Assembly: GCA_013416795.1 (NCBI GenBank)
Contig: RQSC01001135.1
Span: forward strand, 41,070-105,069
Length of the DNA stretch: 64,000 nucleotides
From: Prasinococcaceae sp. CCMP 1430
Lineage: Eukaryota; Plantae; Prasinodermophyta
Reading direction: 5' to 3'
Each line of letters opens with the position of its first letter. Position 1 is the stretch's first letter. The translations under genes and the position numbers were made by a program. The notes beneath the pieces are model-generated. The model did not search any database. It had not been told where the DNA came from and saw only the letters and a program-made list of their open reading frames with translations. Shown here in pieces: positions 28,699 through 40,809 of this stretch.

Positions 28699-31314
28699 TC
28701 ACGGTGCGGCCTTGGCGTCGCCCGCCTTGCTGTCCACCCATCTGCGGAATTTCTCCACGCCGTAGTCCGTCGGCAGCGTGGGCTTTGGTGTGTTCCTCCG
28801 GCGCACGAAGACATCCTCGGTGTCAAGGGCGTAGCTGACCTTGTACGAGGTGCAATTGATCTCGCACTCCAGCCCGTTGCGCACGGTGCATCCCTTGGTC
28901 GCCGGCTTGGGCGCCTTGCGAGCGCTGCGGCGCAGGAACACGTTGCCACTCTCGCCGGCGCCCGAGCCAACGAGTGACGTCAGGTAGGCCTCGAAATCGG
29001 GGTCCATCGCACAGGCGGGCGGTTCGACTCGCGAGGCATCCTCCATCATGTTCAGCGAAAGCGCGCCCGACACCCCGCCGTCGGCGTCGGCCGTGTACTC
29101 GAGCTCGTAGCAGGGATCATCCCCGACCAGGACGCACGCGTTAGCGATGTATGCAGCCTTCGAGTAGCCGTCCGCGCGCGAGCACTCGTACTTGTGCAGG
29201 CTCAGCAGCTTCGAGCCCACATCCTCGGACTGCAGCGTCTGCACCTGCTTGATGACCTTGTAGAGAAGCTTGTCGATCGTGAAGACGTTGTAGCAGCCGG
29301 TGCCGAGCAGCGCGCGGCACTCGTCCTCGAACTTGGAGCTGTCCAGGCCGCCCTCGATCAGACGCGCGACGAGGCCCTGGAACTGCTCGTACGTGCTGGC
29401 CGCGCCCTCGGGCGTGTCGTTGCCCTTCGCCTTGGCGGCCGCCGCAGCCGCCACCTTGGCGCTGCGGAGGCGGTCGAAAAGCGTCTGGTGCAGCCGGAAC
29501 AAAATGTATAGGTTGTCGTTGCAGAACATGGTCCTCGACGCCGACATGCCCGGCGGCTGCGCCACGTCGACGCCCGCCGCAAGGGCCTGCGTTGCCGTTG
29601 CGGCCAGCGGTCGGCAGCCAAGAAACTTCGACTCGTCCTCGTCCTCATCCTCATCCGCGCTGGGGGTGTCGCCATCAGTGGGCGGGCCCTCGGTATCTGC
29701 GCCGGTGCCGTTGCCGTCAACGTCCATGTTCTCGTCCTCCGAGGACCCCTTCTTCTTGGGCACCTTGGGGGCGGTGTCGGCGCCCGCCGCGGTCAGCGCC
29801 GCTGCGAGGGTCGCCTCGTCGCCGGCGCCCAGTACGCTCGCGACCGAGTCGCGGAAGAACTTCAACACCTTGGCCGCCGCGTCCGGCGACAGCGTCTCAC
29901 TGCAGCCCAGGCCAAGCATCTTGTGCACATCCGCGTGCACCAGCGTGTCTTCGAACCTGAGCGTAATGTCGGCCCCCTCAGCACCTTCCGCAGCGCCGGC
30001 TCGCCGTTTCTCGCTGGCCTCCTTGATGTCCTGCAGGAGCCCCTTCGCGCTGAGCTGCTTCTTGTCCATCTGTTTGAAGTAGAAGGAGCGGTGGTCCAGG
30101 CTCTTCGAGTAGTTCTTCTCGTACACCTCGCGCCAGACCTTGTTCATCTCCTGCTGCACGCGATGCCACTCCTCATCCTTCTGCTTCAGGCGCGTGAGCA
30201 CCACCGGCACCGCCACGCCCGGGTTCTTCCTGAGCAGGTCGACGATGTCCGAGCCGTGGTCGCCGTAGATGCGCTCGATGCAGCGGTAATGCACGGGCGA
30301 GATGGCAGCGGGTTCGATCTTCATGGACTGCCGCTCCTCGGGGGGCAGGTCGTTCACCTTCTTGTTGAGGCCCTCCATGACGCGCACGCAGCTGGCGTTG
30401 GTCTCGATCATCATGTCGAGCTCGAAGCGGTCGTCCTCGCAGCGGAAGAGGTTCTCCTCGTACTGGTTCTTGCGCATGTTCTTGAACGAGTTGGCGTCCT
30501 CCGTGCCGCTCGAGATGCTCACCCAGTCGTCGTTCAGCATGGCCTGCTGGTCGGGCGAGCGGCCGCTGCACGCCAGCCGCTGGTAGCCCTTCGGCAGCAG
30601 GCGGTACGACGGCCCGCAGCGCTCGCAGTTGCTCAGGTCCAGGTCCGCCACCGGCCGCATCGACATGGCCTTGTCGCGCTGCGCGGCGGCCTTGGCGGCC
30701 TTCTCGTCCGCCTTGGCCTGCGCGGCCTTCTTGGCCAGCTGCTGCGCGGTGGGCTTGGCCTCGGCGTCGACCTCGACGCCCTCCGGCACCGGCTTGCTGC
30801 CCATGGTCTCGCAGCGCCCGAGGAACTCGTTGAAGCCGTGCATGAGGTCCGGGTAGCGCCCGAGGATGTCGTACACCAGGCCCTGCAGCTCGCTGCGGTT
30901 GATGATCTCCTGGGAGAAGAGGTTGAGGCACTTGAGGAACTCGGAGTACTGCTCGCGGTTCCGCAGCCGGCTCTTGACCTTGTCGAAGAACTCGAGCTCC
31001 TTCTTGATGGCGCTCGACTTCTTGTCGCCGCCCTCGCCGTCGGCCTCCTTCTTGCCCTTGGCGCCCTTGCGCTGGTTCTTGGCGGGCGGCGCGGCGGCGC
31101 GCGCCTTGGGGGCGCGCGCGGCCTTCTTGGCCTCGGCGGCGGGCGCCTGCGAGTCCGGCAGGAAGTTGGTGAACTCCTCGAGCAGGTCCGGCTGGTTGGC
31201 GAAGAGGGTCGACACCTGCGAGTACACCTGCTTGATGCTCTTCTGCCCCTTGCGGTACAGGTTGAGGATCTCGAGGAACGACTTGTACACGCGCTCGTCC
31301 GCGATGAACCGCGT
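28699..31314 (-). CDS. SIN3: SIN3 co-repressor (PAH2, PAH3, HDAC-interaction domain, Sin3 C-terminal domain); 5' exons with PAH1 missing
   Basis: TRFIADERVYKSFLEILNLYRK..LFANQPDLLEEFTNFLPD, FFDKVKSRL, GPSYRLLPK, LNDDWVSISSGTED, RKNQYEENLFRCEDDRFELD, SKSLDHRSFYFKQMDKK, FTIDKLLYKVIKQ. Confidence 0.95.
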   Translation of the reverse strand, partial: TRFIADERVYKSFLEILNLYRKGQKSIKQVYSQVSTLFANQPDLLEEFTNFLPDSQAPAAEAKKAARAPKARAAAPPAKNQRKGAKGKKEADGEGGDKKSSAIKKELEFFDKVKSRLRNREQYSEFLKCLNLFSQEIINRSELQGLVYDILGRYPDLMHGFNEFLGRCETMGSKPVPEGVEVDAEAKPTAQQLAKKAAQAKADEKAAKAAAQRDKAMSMRPVADLDLSNCERCGPSYRLLPKGYQRLACSGRSPDQQAMLNDDWVSISSGTEDANSFKNMRKNQYEENLFRCEDDRFELDMMIETNASCVRVMEGLNKKVNDLPPEERQSMKIEPAAISPVHYRCIERIYGDHGSDIVDLLRKNPGVAVPVVLTRLKQKDEEWHRVQQEMNKVWREVYEKNYSKSLDHRSFYFKQMDKKQLSAKGLLQDIKEASEKRRAGAAEGAEGADITLRFEDTLVHADVHKMLGLGCSETLSPDAAAKVLKFFRDSVASVLGAGDEATLAAALTAAGADTAPKVPKKKGSSEDENMDVDGNGTGADTEGPPTDGDTPSADEDEDEDESKFLGCRPLAATATQALAAGVDVAQPPGMSASRTMFCNDNLYILFRLHQTLFDRLRSAKVAAAAAAKAKGNDTPEGAASTYEQFQGLVARLIEGGLDSSKFEDECRALLGTGCYNVFTIDKLLYKVIKQVQTLQSEDVGSKLLSLHKYECSRADGYSKAAYIANACVLVGDDPCYELEYTADADGGVSGALSLNMMEDASRVEPPACAMDPDFEAYLTSLVGSGAGESGNVFLRRSARKAPKPATKGCTVRNGLECEINCTSYKVSYALDTEDVFVRRRNTPKPTLPTDYGVEKFRRWVDSKAGDAKAAP

Positions 31315-32749
31315 CTGCGAGGGCCGCGCCCGCGTCGGCCCCGCCCGCGCCCCCTTCCGCGCCCTCGGCCGGCTGCAGCCGACCCACGGCCTCGGGCACG
31401 CGAAAGGTGGCGCACATCATGTGCTTGTTGGGCGCGACGTCCCTCACGTCGTGCGCCTCGAAGGGACCGTCGAGGGGCCCGCCGAGGTGGTGCTCGACCA
31501 TCTGCTGCGCCTGCCGGCGCAGGGACTCCGCCTGCGGCAGGCCGTCCGCGGCGTCGGGCCGCACGAACATGTAGCAGTGCACCAGCGGCAGCGCGCCGAA
31601 GTCCGCGTCGAACGCGCCGCGGAACGCGTCCAAAAACTCCACGGCGGACGCGGGCAGGTTCATCACGCAGTGGGCGAAGCGCACGCCCTCGCGCAGCGAC
31701 AGGCGGCGCACGAAGGCGCGCGCGCACTCTGTTGACACGTGCACGCGCGCCTGCACGCGGTTGAGCGCGGCATTGATCCGCAGGTAGCGCGTGCTGTCCG
31801 GATTGAGGTCGTTGGCCCACACCGTGCAGCCCTTGAGCGCGGCCGGCACCGCGAACGGCCCGATGCCGCACATCATGTCGCACACTGCATCGCCCTCGGC
31901 GAAGCGCGCCACGAGGCGCGCGTGCTCGCGCTCCAGCCGCGAGTTCCAGTACACCTTGCCGTAGTCCAGCCGGAAGACGGCGCCGTACTGGCGCACCTCG
32001 GTCTCTAGGCACGCGTCGCCCGCGAGCACCTCCAGCTCGGGCACGCGAAACTCGTTCTCGAGCTTGGCCGTCTTGTTGACCACCGTCCGGATGCGCGGCG
32101 CGTTCTTGTCGAGGAGCACGCGCCCGATGAGCGCGCCGTACGGCCGCAGCTCGTCGCGCACGTTGAGGTGTGCCACGTGGCCGATTGTCTCGAACGAGGT
32201 CTGCACGTCCACGTCCGAGGGGAGGACCCTCCTGAGCACCTGCTCCGCGCTGAGGTGCGAGTAGTCCATCTGGATGTCGTGCACCACGATGCGCACGCCG
32301 TGCTCGTCCATCTCCGCCACCACGTCCGCGGGGAGGCGCGCACGCGCTCGCTCGACCACGCGCTCGCGCGCGGCCGCGCCGTCGCTTCCGCCGGCGCCAG
32401 GCGCGCCCCCGTGCTGCTGCTGCTCGTGCTGTCGGTGCTGCTCCCGCTGCTCCTGCTGCTGCCCCCCAACCTCGTCCCTGCCGAGCAGGATGAGCCTGGC
32501 GTCGTCGTGCTCGGGGTCCTTCAAGACCTGTCTGACCTTGGGCAGCGCGAGCGTGTGCTTGCGCAGCGCCTTCACCCAGCGCTGCGTGTCCCTCGCGCTC
32601 GCCACCCTCGCGGCCGCGATGGGCACGAGCTCGACGAACGCTGCCGGGTCGAACGCCGCGACGGCCGCCGCAGCGCGCGCGAGGTACGCCTGCGACATCT
32701 CCACGCGGCCGCCCGGGTGGAGGGTGACCCCCTCGCATAGCTCGGTCAT
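31315..32749 (-). CDS. TRM5: tRNA (guanine-N1, m1G37) methyltransferase TRM5; no stop codon before it runs into SIN3
   Basis: SFETIGHVAHLNVRDE, IGRVLLDKN, TVVNK, FRLDYGKVYWNSRLEREH, DMMCGIGPFAVPAA, ANDLNPDS, VMNLPASAVEFLDAF, VRDVAPNKHMMCATF. Confidence 0.92.
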
Positions 32750-33003
32750 CGCGTCGGCCCTCGGCTGGGTTCGAAGGCGCGGCCCGCAGTGGGCCCTTCC
32801 GACGAGCGCGCGCGAGGTGAGGAGGCGAGGGAGGGAGCGACGGACGCCAGCGCCGCCGCGCCCGGCCGCCCGCCGCACCCCCCTCGCGCCTGCGTAACTC
32901 CTCCGCGCGCCCCCCGTCTCCCCTCCCCCGACCCCCACCCCCTCCGGGCGCGCTCGCTGTGGCAGCGCTCGGCCAGCCCGCCTGGGAAGACTGAGTCCCC
33001 CCT

Positions 33004-33650
<647 letters not shown>

Positions 33651-34059
33651 NCGCCGCGCGGATCGAAGCCGGCGGCGGCGCCGGAAACGCGGAGCGGCCG
33701 CGCGGACGCGGGGCAAGGGCAGGACGAAAAGCACTCGGAACGCGCGGAAGAAGCGCAACCAAAGCGACGCACGGAATTCGCGCGCAGCGCACGCACCTCG
33801 ACGCGCGGCCGCAGGGAACGGGCGCGCGGGCCGAGCGGGGTTCGCCGGGCAGGGTGGGGCGGGGCAGGGGGGGGGGAGGAAGGGCGAGGTGGGGCGTCCG
33901 TCCGAAGACGGTGAGTGGGGTGGGCGGGAGTGGAGGATCCGCCACCCCCCCACCCCCCTTCGGGGCGCCACACACCGCGCGCGCGCACTCGTGCCGCGCA
34001 CCACCCCCAAAGGCCAGCGCTCCGCGCCCGCCGCAACCGCCGCCGCCGCCTCGCACGGC

Positions 34060-35477
34060 ATGGCGTCCGCCATGCTCAGCACGCGGCGCGCCCCGCGGTG
34101 CGCCGCGTGGCCGCGCGCGCCGTCGCGGCGAAGCCCTCCGTGGGCGGCTACGAGCCGCTCATCGACGGGAGCATCCCGCAGGAGTACTGGGCCAACTACA
34201 AGTGCCCTGAGGAGGACGTGGCCGAATGGCGCCGCAACCTCGACCTCGAGGCGTTCGGCCGCGACTGCCGCGCGATCGAGAGGGAGCTCAAGGATCAGCA
34301 GGGCCAGGAGGACCTGGACCACCTGCAGGGCGTGCTCAACTGGTCCCTCGGCCTGTACTGGGCCGGCGTGGGCCTGGCCGCCTTCTGCGACCCCATGGCG
34401 TTGAACCCGCTGGCCGCAGTGCTCATCTCCACGGCCACCATGGCGCGGTGGACCATGGTCGGCCACCACGTGTGCCACGGCGGTTACTCGCGCGAGCAGA
34501 CCACGGAGGAGCGCTTCCACCGCCGCTTCTTCGCGCGCGGCCTCTTCCGCCGCATCTACGACTGGCTCGACTGGATGGCGCCGGAGGCGTGGGACGCCGA
34601 GCACAACAAGATCCACCACTACATGCTCGGCGAGACCGCCGACCCCGACCTCGTGGAGCGCAACTTCCTGCAGGTGCGCGCGGGCAACTACGGCCCGGGC
34701 ATCATGAAGTACCTCGCGGTGGGCTTCCTGATGGCCACCTGGAAGTGGTTCTACTACGCGCCCAACACCCTCAAGGAGCTCTTCGCGTTGGAGAAGGACC
34801 GCGCCGAGAAGCGCGGCGAGGAGCGCCACCAGCCGTTCACCACCGGCGCCCAGCCCACCACTGTCACCTTCGCGTTCGAGGAGCTCTTCCGGGGGCGCGT
34901 GCGCCCCGCCGTCGAGATGGCCAAGTGCATGCTGCCGTACATGGTCATGCAGTTCATGGTGATCCCCGCCGCCGTCGGCGGCGTCGCCTCGCTCTTCGTG
35001 GGCGCCGCCGCTGGCGCGGCCGTCGGCCAGCTCGTGCTGCTCAACATGGTGGTCGCCGAGGTGCTCACCAACATCCACTCCTTCGTGATCATCGCCACCA
35101 ACCACGTGGGCAACGACATCTACCGCTTCGCCACCCCCGTCAAGGCCAAGACTGGCGAGTTTTACCTGCGCGCCATCATCGGCTCGGCCAACTTCTGCAC
35201 GGGCGGCAAGGTCAACGCGGACGGCTCGTACAAGCCCGCCGGCGTTCGCGGCAACGTCCTGGACTACATGCAGGGCTGGCTCAACTACCAGATCGAGCAC
35301 CACATGTTCGACAGCCTCTCCATGCTCTCGTACCAGAAGGCGCAGCCCAAGGTCAAGGCGCTCTGCGAGAAGCACGGCGTGCCCTACGTGCAGCAGAACG
35401 TCTTCAAGCGCCTGCAAGTGAGCGTGGACGTCATGGTGGGCAAGACGGACATGATCCAGTGGGAGTCGGGCAAGTAA
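34060..35477 (+). CDS. Membrane fatty-acid desaturase without cytochrome b5 (DesA3-like), putative plastid transit peptide; apparent frameshift near 34090
   Basis: His boxes GHHVCH, HNKIHH and QIEHH. GEFYLRAIIGSANF. ATG 34060 (MASAMLST) is out of frame with the main ORF 33915-35477 across a GC run. Confidence 0.85.
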
Positions 35478-35917
35478 GGTGCCCTCAGGAGCCGCAAGCA
35501 AAGCGAAGCAAAGCATAATAGCGCCCCCCCCCCCTTCCTCTCGCCGCGCGCCCCCACTCGTGTGGGCGCGCGCCGACGCGGCGGCGGCGCACAAGGCCAA
35601 CAGGCCTTTACCCTCCACCACCACCCTCCCCCCACCAACCAGCCAATTCGCTCAACCCACCCCCTGATTTTGTTTACCATGTGTACTGTAATGTCGTGCG
35701 GAGACGCGTAGACGAAAGGGGCGTGCACCCACGTGCATGCCTGCGTTTGATCTGAAATTCGTGTCGTCCACGCCAGCGTGCGCGCGTCGCGAGCCCTTGA
35801 GCGCGGGCGTCGCCGCGCGGAGAGCGGTCGGTGTACAAGACAGATTGATACAAATGTGACATGCAGCAGGCCGGCTGCTGCTGGACCGCCGGCGTTCGGA
35901 CCGCCCGCTCGGCACGT

Positions 35918-36859
35918 TCAGCCTGAGACCGCGCGACCCCAAGCGCCCTTGCTAGCGATGCGCATGAGCACGACGCTCCTGCCCGGCTCCTCGATAGACG
36001 GCGCGCTCGAGAGCTCCTCGACGCCGCAGCCAGCCGCATCCAGCGCATGAAGCACGACGGCCTTGTTCGCAAAGCACTGGGACGCCTCACCGGCGCGGTC
36101 GCGGAAGGCGAGCAGGCAATGCGAGGCGGCCCCACGCGGGGACAGCAGCGATGCGACAGTCGACACGAAGGGCTCGACCAGCTCCCGCAGCCAGAGCGCC
36201 TCGGCCGCGACGACCACATCGGCCCGTCGCGGGTCCGCCCCAGTGTGTGGGTCGGCGTGCACAGGTTTCGTCCAATCGAGCGTGGTCCATGCCGCGGAGC
36301 CATCGCCCACGCGCAGCTCGCCTGCCCATCCACCGTTCTCGCCGCCGCCCCTGTCGCCGCTCTGGCCGTCACCGGCGGCGGCCGTGGCGTTGCATTTCAC
36401 GTTCGGCGCGATTGACTGCTCGACCACCGCCGTGAGGTCGGTGAGTAGCACGCGCGCGCCCGCCGCGGCTAGGCAAAGGCCTGCGAAGCCCGTGCCTGAC
36501 CCCAGCTCGAGCACTCGGGCGCCGCGCAGGACGTACTCGTACGCGCGCTCGTCGCGAGCGGCGCCATCAGCGCCCGTGCCGCCGGCTAAATCCCCCCCCC
36601 TGCTGCCGCAGTCGTTGGCACCGTCGACCCGCGGCTTGCCAAGCATGAGGTCGAGCATGAGGTGCGCGCCCTCCCACACCGAGAATCCCGTGGTCGCCGC
36701 GATGGTGTAGTCCTCGTCGAACAGGTTGGCGTCCTGGTAGTCGTCCTCCTCGAGGTCGCGCCGCGCGATGCGCACGGTGTGGGTCTCCCCGCTGTGACGG
36801 CCCCTCACCTCGCGGACCACGTCGGCCGCGTAGTTTGCTTGCGGGTCCAGAAGCGACAT
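35918..36859 (-). CDS. METTL21/EFM-family protein-lysine methyltransferase
   Basis: TGFSVWEGAHLM, RVLELGSGTGFAGL, VLLTDL, LDW, DVVVAAEALW. Confidence 0.85.
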   Translation of the reverse strand: MSLLDPQANYAADVVREVRGRHSGETHTVRIARRDLEEDDYQDANLFDEDYTIAATTGFSVWEGAHLMLDLMLGKPRVDGANDCGSRGGDLAGGTGADGAARDERAYEYVLRGARVLELGSGTGFAGLCLAAAGARVLLTDLTAVVEQSIAPNVKCNATAAAGDGQSGDRGGGENGGWAGELRVGDGSAAWTTLDWTKPVHADPHTGADPRRADVVVAAEALWLRELVEPFVSTVASLLSPRGAASHCLLAFRDRAGEASQCFANKAVVLHALDAAGCGVEELSSAPSIEEPGRSVVLMRIASKGAWGRAVSG

Positions 36860-37421
36860 GGCCGCGCGCGCCGCGCGCCGCCGCGGCGGGCGACGCGCCT
36901 GCGCCCCACGCCGCGAGCAGGGCGGCCCGCGGGGCCGCTGCCGGCGGCCCGCCTGGCGGCGGACGGCCGCGCTCCGAATGGGTTCGAGATGAAACCGTAT
37001 CTCGAATGCGCGATCAAATTAGCTCAATATGCACGTGGATTGCTAATAAACCCTATTCAGACATCACGCATGCAACTCGATATGCGCTTCGGTGCCCGAG
37101 GCGCGCGCGTCCCCACGCCGCGTAGGCGCTCGCGCCGGCCGCGGCTGCCTCTGCGCGCTGCGCCGCGCCACGCCGCGCGGTGCCGCGCGCGCGTCGCCCC
37201 GATGAAACCGAAAACGCAATCTGGCGGCGCGCGGGCCGGCAAGGCGCGCACTGGTCCGTCGGTTCCCCTGCGCCGAAACGCGCGCGCGGCTGCGGCCCTG
37301 GAGTGGAGGGGGGCGAGCGCAGTGGAGGGAGGAGGGGAAGGTGTGGGGAAGCCGAGGCGGCGGCGCGCGCGCGCGCGCGCCACATCGCTGCCCACGCCCG
37401 TCCAAGCACGACTCAGGAGCC

Positions 37422-38529
37422 ATGGCTTCCGTCCTCGAGTGGATCACGTCCAAGGTCAGCCTCCTCGGGACGCGCCTCACGAAGCACCCGCGCTTCGAGC
37501 AAGCTGCCAAGGAGGCCTTCGAACTCAACGACATCACCGGCGATGGCATGCTCAACAACCGCGAGCTGCACGGTGAGGGCGCGCGCACCGGGAGGGAGGG
37601 ATGGAGGGGCAGGGGGCCGACGATCGCGCGCAGCCCGCCGCGCGCCAGCCCGGGCACCGGCGCGGCCGCGGGCCGTGCGAGCGCGCCCGGTGCGCGTGCG
37701 CGCTGGCAACCATGCGCGCGTGCTGGTCTTGGAACGAGCACGATCGATGGCGCCCGCGCAGTGAGCTCGCGCTGACCTCCCCGTCCGTGGCGATGCCTCC
37801 ACGCGCGCAACCCGCGCCCTCCCGCTGCTCGGCGCTCGCAGTGACGCTCACCCTGTTCGTGCGCACGATCAACTCGAAGCTGCCGGTCGACTTGAAGTTG
37901 CCCACCTTGGAGGAGACCACCGCGATGCTCGAGGAGTTCGACGCGGACAACAACTCGCATCTCGACTTCGGTGCGTGGATGGTGGAGCCAGCCTGCCTGC
38001 ACGGATGCGATTGCGCGAGTGCGCGGGTGCGCACCTGCCTGACGGACACGACGACCGCGCCAAAGCGGACCGCCGCCAGCGCGCGCGGGCGTGCGCAGTG
38101 ACAGACGCAGCTGTGTGTGGCAGAGTGTGTGTGATCGCAACGACGCGAGCTTGCTGACGTGTGAACAACCAACCCGCCGCCCCCATCCCCACCCACACCC
38201 ACACCCCCACACTCCACCCACCACCCGCCATGCGCGCGCGCGCGCCCGCCTCAAAACGCCCTTGCCTGCAACCGCTCGCCCCGCTGCCCTCTCCCGCCGG
38301 GCGCCCAATTCCCACAGAGGAGTTCAAGGAGCTCATCAAGGCCATGCTCAGCAAGCCCAAGTACAGCGTGCCGCTGCAGGTGCTCAAGACCGTCGCCGCG
38401 CAGATGCTGCTCATCCCCACCGTGGCGCGCTTCGCCAAGGAGAACGTGCAGGCGCTCAAGGGGACTCCCGACATCATGGTCGTGCCTGCGATCCAGGCCG
38501 CGTGCACGACCATGGGCATCAAGTTCTAA
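37422..38529 (+). CDS. Small EF-hand protein; exons 37422-37572, 37842-37970 and 38318-38529
   Basis: EF loops NDITGDGMLNNRE and FDADNNSHLDF-EE. Three exons splice in frame through GT-AG introns. Confidence 0.75.
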
Positions 38530-38977
38530 GCTCTTGGAGCAAACTCGTGGCGCCGCCAGGGGAGGTCGTGGGTTCGCACACACCACGTGCCGCAGACGGC
38601 GGGGAGGGAGGACCCGCGGCCGTAAGCAGCAGTCCTGCGCAATCATCGCATCTCCGCGTCGGTCGCACCGCGCCGTCCGCGCTCGCACGCGTGCCCTAGT
38701 GCTTACGCTCTGTTGCGCTGCTGCCGCGCGCATGCACGAGGGCGAGCACCGCGCGAAGCGCATGGGGCGCTTTCTCTTTCTTATTGTCGCAACCGAGGCC
38801 TGCTCCTCGGGATGCCCCAGTCCGCCGGTCGGCGACGACGAGCGCGCGAGGCGCTTGGTCGCTCACCGCTCGATCTCACTCCATGCCTCCCGTGCTGATG
38901 GTCAGCTCTGACTGAACGAAATGTAAACGCCAGCTACGCGCCTCGGGGCAGCCAGACGCAGCCAGCGCCAGGCAGCC

Positions 38978-40809
38978 TCAGACCGCGCGCCCGCCCGCGC
39001 CAAATGAGCCGCCGTTGGCACGCGCGCCGGGGCTGGCCATCGGGCTCGGGGCTTCGCTCACGGCAAGCGCGCTCATGTTGGGCTTGCCGATGCCGTGGCA
39101 CTCGAAGCCGATGTCGCAGAGCCGGCGCAGCGGAAGCACGTTGCGCCCGTCGAACGCAAACGCGGGCTTCTCCATGCCAGCGTATATCCTCGCGAAGTCG
39201 AGCAGCGCGAACTCGTCCCACTCGGTGAGCACGAGCAGCGCGTGCGCGCCCTCGCAGGCGCCGTAGGCGTCGTTGCAGATCTCCACCTTTGGGGCGAAGG
39301 CGGTGCCCTTGTAGTTGGGCGGCGCGTTGTGCGCCGGGCCGTAAGGCGAGGGACCCTCGAGCTCGAGGTCTGCGGTGATCTGCTCGGCGCTCACCTTGGG
39401 GTCGTAGATGGCGACGCGCGCGCCATCCACGAGCAGCGCCTTGCACACGTCGATGGCCGCCGACTCACGCGTGTCGCCGGTGTCCTTCTTGAAGGCGAAG
39501 CCCAGCACGGCAATGCGCTTGTTGGTGACCGTGTTGAAGAGCGCCCTGATGACGTTCGTGGTGAATCTGTTCTTCTGGTAGTCGTTCATGCTCACCGTGC
39601 TCGCCCAGTAGTCGGCCACCTCGGTCAGGCCCAGCGTGCTGGCGATGTAGCTCAGGTTCAGAATGTCCTTCTGGAAACAGCTGCCGCCGAAGCCCACCGA
39701 GGCCTTGAGGAACTTGGGCCCGATGCGCGAGTCGATGCCGATGGCCTGTGCCACCTGGTCCACGTCCGCGCCGGTGGCCTCGCAGATGGCCGAGATGGAG
39801 TTGATGGACGAGATGCGCTGCGCGAGGAAGGCGTTGGCCACCAGCTTGGAGAGCTCGCTCGACCACAGGTTGGTGGTCAGGATGCGCTCGCGGGGCACCC
39901 AGTGGGCGTACACGTCCGCCAGCGTCTTGGCGGCGAGCAGCCCGCTATCCGTCTGCCGCCCACCGATGAGCACGCGGTCGGGCTCGGCGAGGTCATCCAT
40001 GGCCGTGCCCTCCGCGAGGAACTCGGGGTTTGACAGCACGTCGAAGTGCACGTTGGGCGCGGCGTTGGCGCGCAGGATAGCCTCGATGGTGGAGGCGGTC
40101 TTGACGGGCACGGTTGACTTCTCCACGACGATGGTGTCCTTGTGGCACACGCGCGCCACCGACCTCGCGGCGCTCTGCGCCATTGAGAGGTCCGCGGCGC
40201 GCCCCGCGCCCATCCCTGCGCTCTTGGTGGGGGTGTTCACAGCGATGAAGACGATGTCCGCCGTCGCGAGTACGCTCTCGTCGGTCGTGAAGAAGAGGTT
40301 GCGCCCGCGCGTGGCGCGCACAACCTCAGTGAGCCCCGGCTCGTAGATGGGCAGCTCGTCGGACTCCCACGCAGCGATGCGCGGCGCGCTGAGGTCGAAG
40401 AGCGTCACGCGTATTTCGGGGCACTGCGCTCCCGCGCAGTGCCGGCGGCGCGTCGCAAGGCGCGTCGCGTGTCAGAGAGCGTGAGCGTACGGGCTGCCTG
40501 TCAGGTCGCCGCACTTTGAGCGCGTCGATGCCTCTTCCTCCTCGGCGACGGCGAAGGCCGGCTCGGGCCATGCTGGGCGCACACGCTCGACGCGCTCATG
40601 CACGCCGACGACGCGAGGATGGCACCCTCTCCAGGCCCCTCCACTCCTTTCGCGCTTTCCTCCGGCCCTGCCAGTGCGCCTGGACGCCCGCCGCGCGCTC
40701 GCACCTTGTGCGCGATCATCGCCATGGTCGGCCCGCCGACGTACCCCGCGCCGACGCACACGATGTGCATCTTGGAGGCATCCGCGGGCGCCGCCATCAT
40801 CACCACCAT
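38978..40809 (-). CDS. UGD: UDP-glucose 6-dehydrogenase; exons 40809-40705 and 40423-38978
   Basis: [88 protein letters not shown], catalytic [23 protein letters not shown]. Confidence 0.97.

Noticed and set aside
34060-34120. Programmed frameshift at the desaturase 5' end
   Set aside because: No slippery heptamer. An indel error in a GC run is simpler, and similar indels occur elsewhere in the window.
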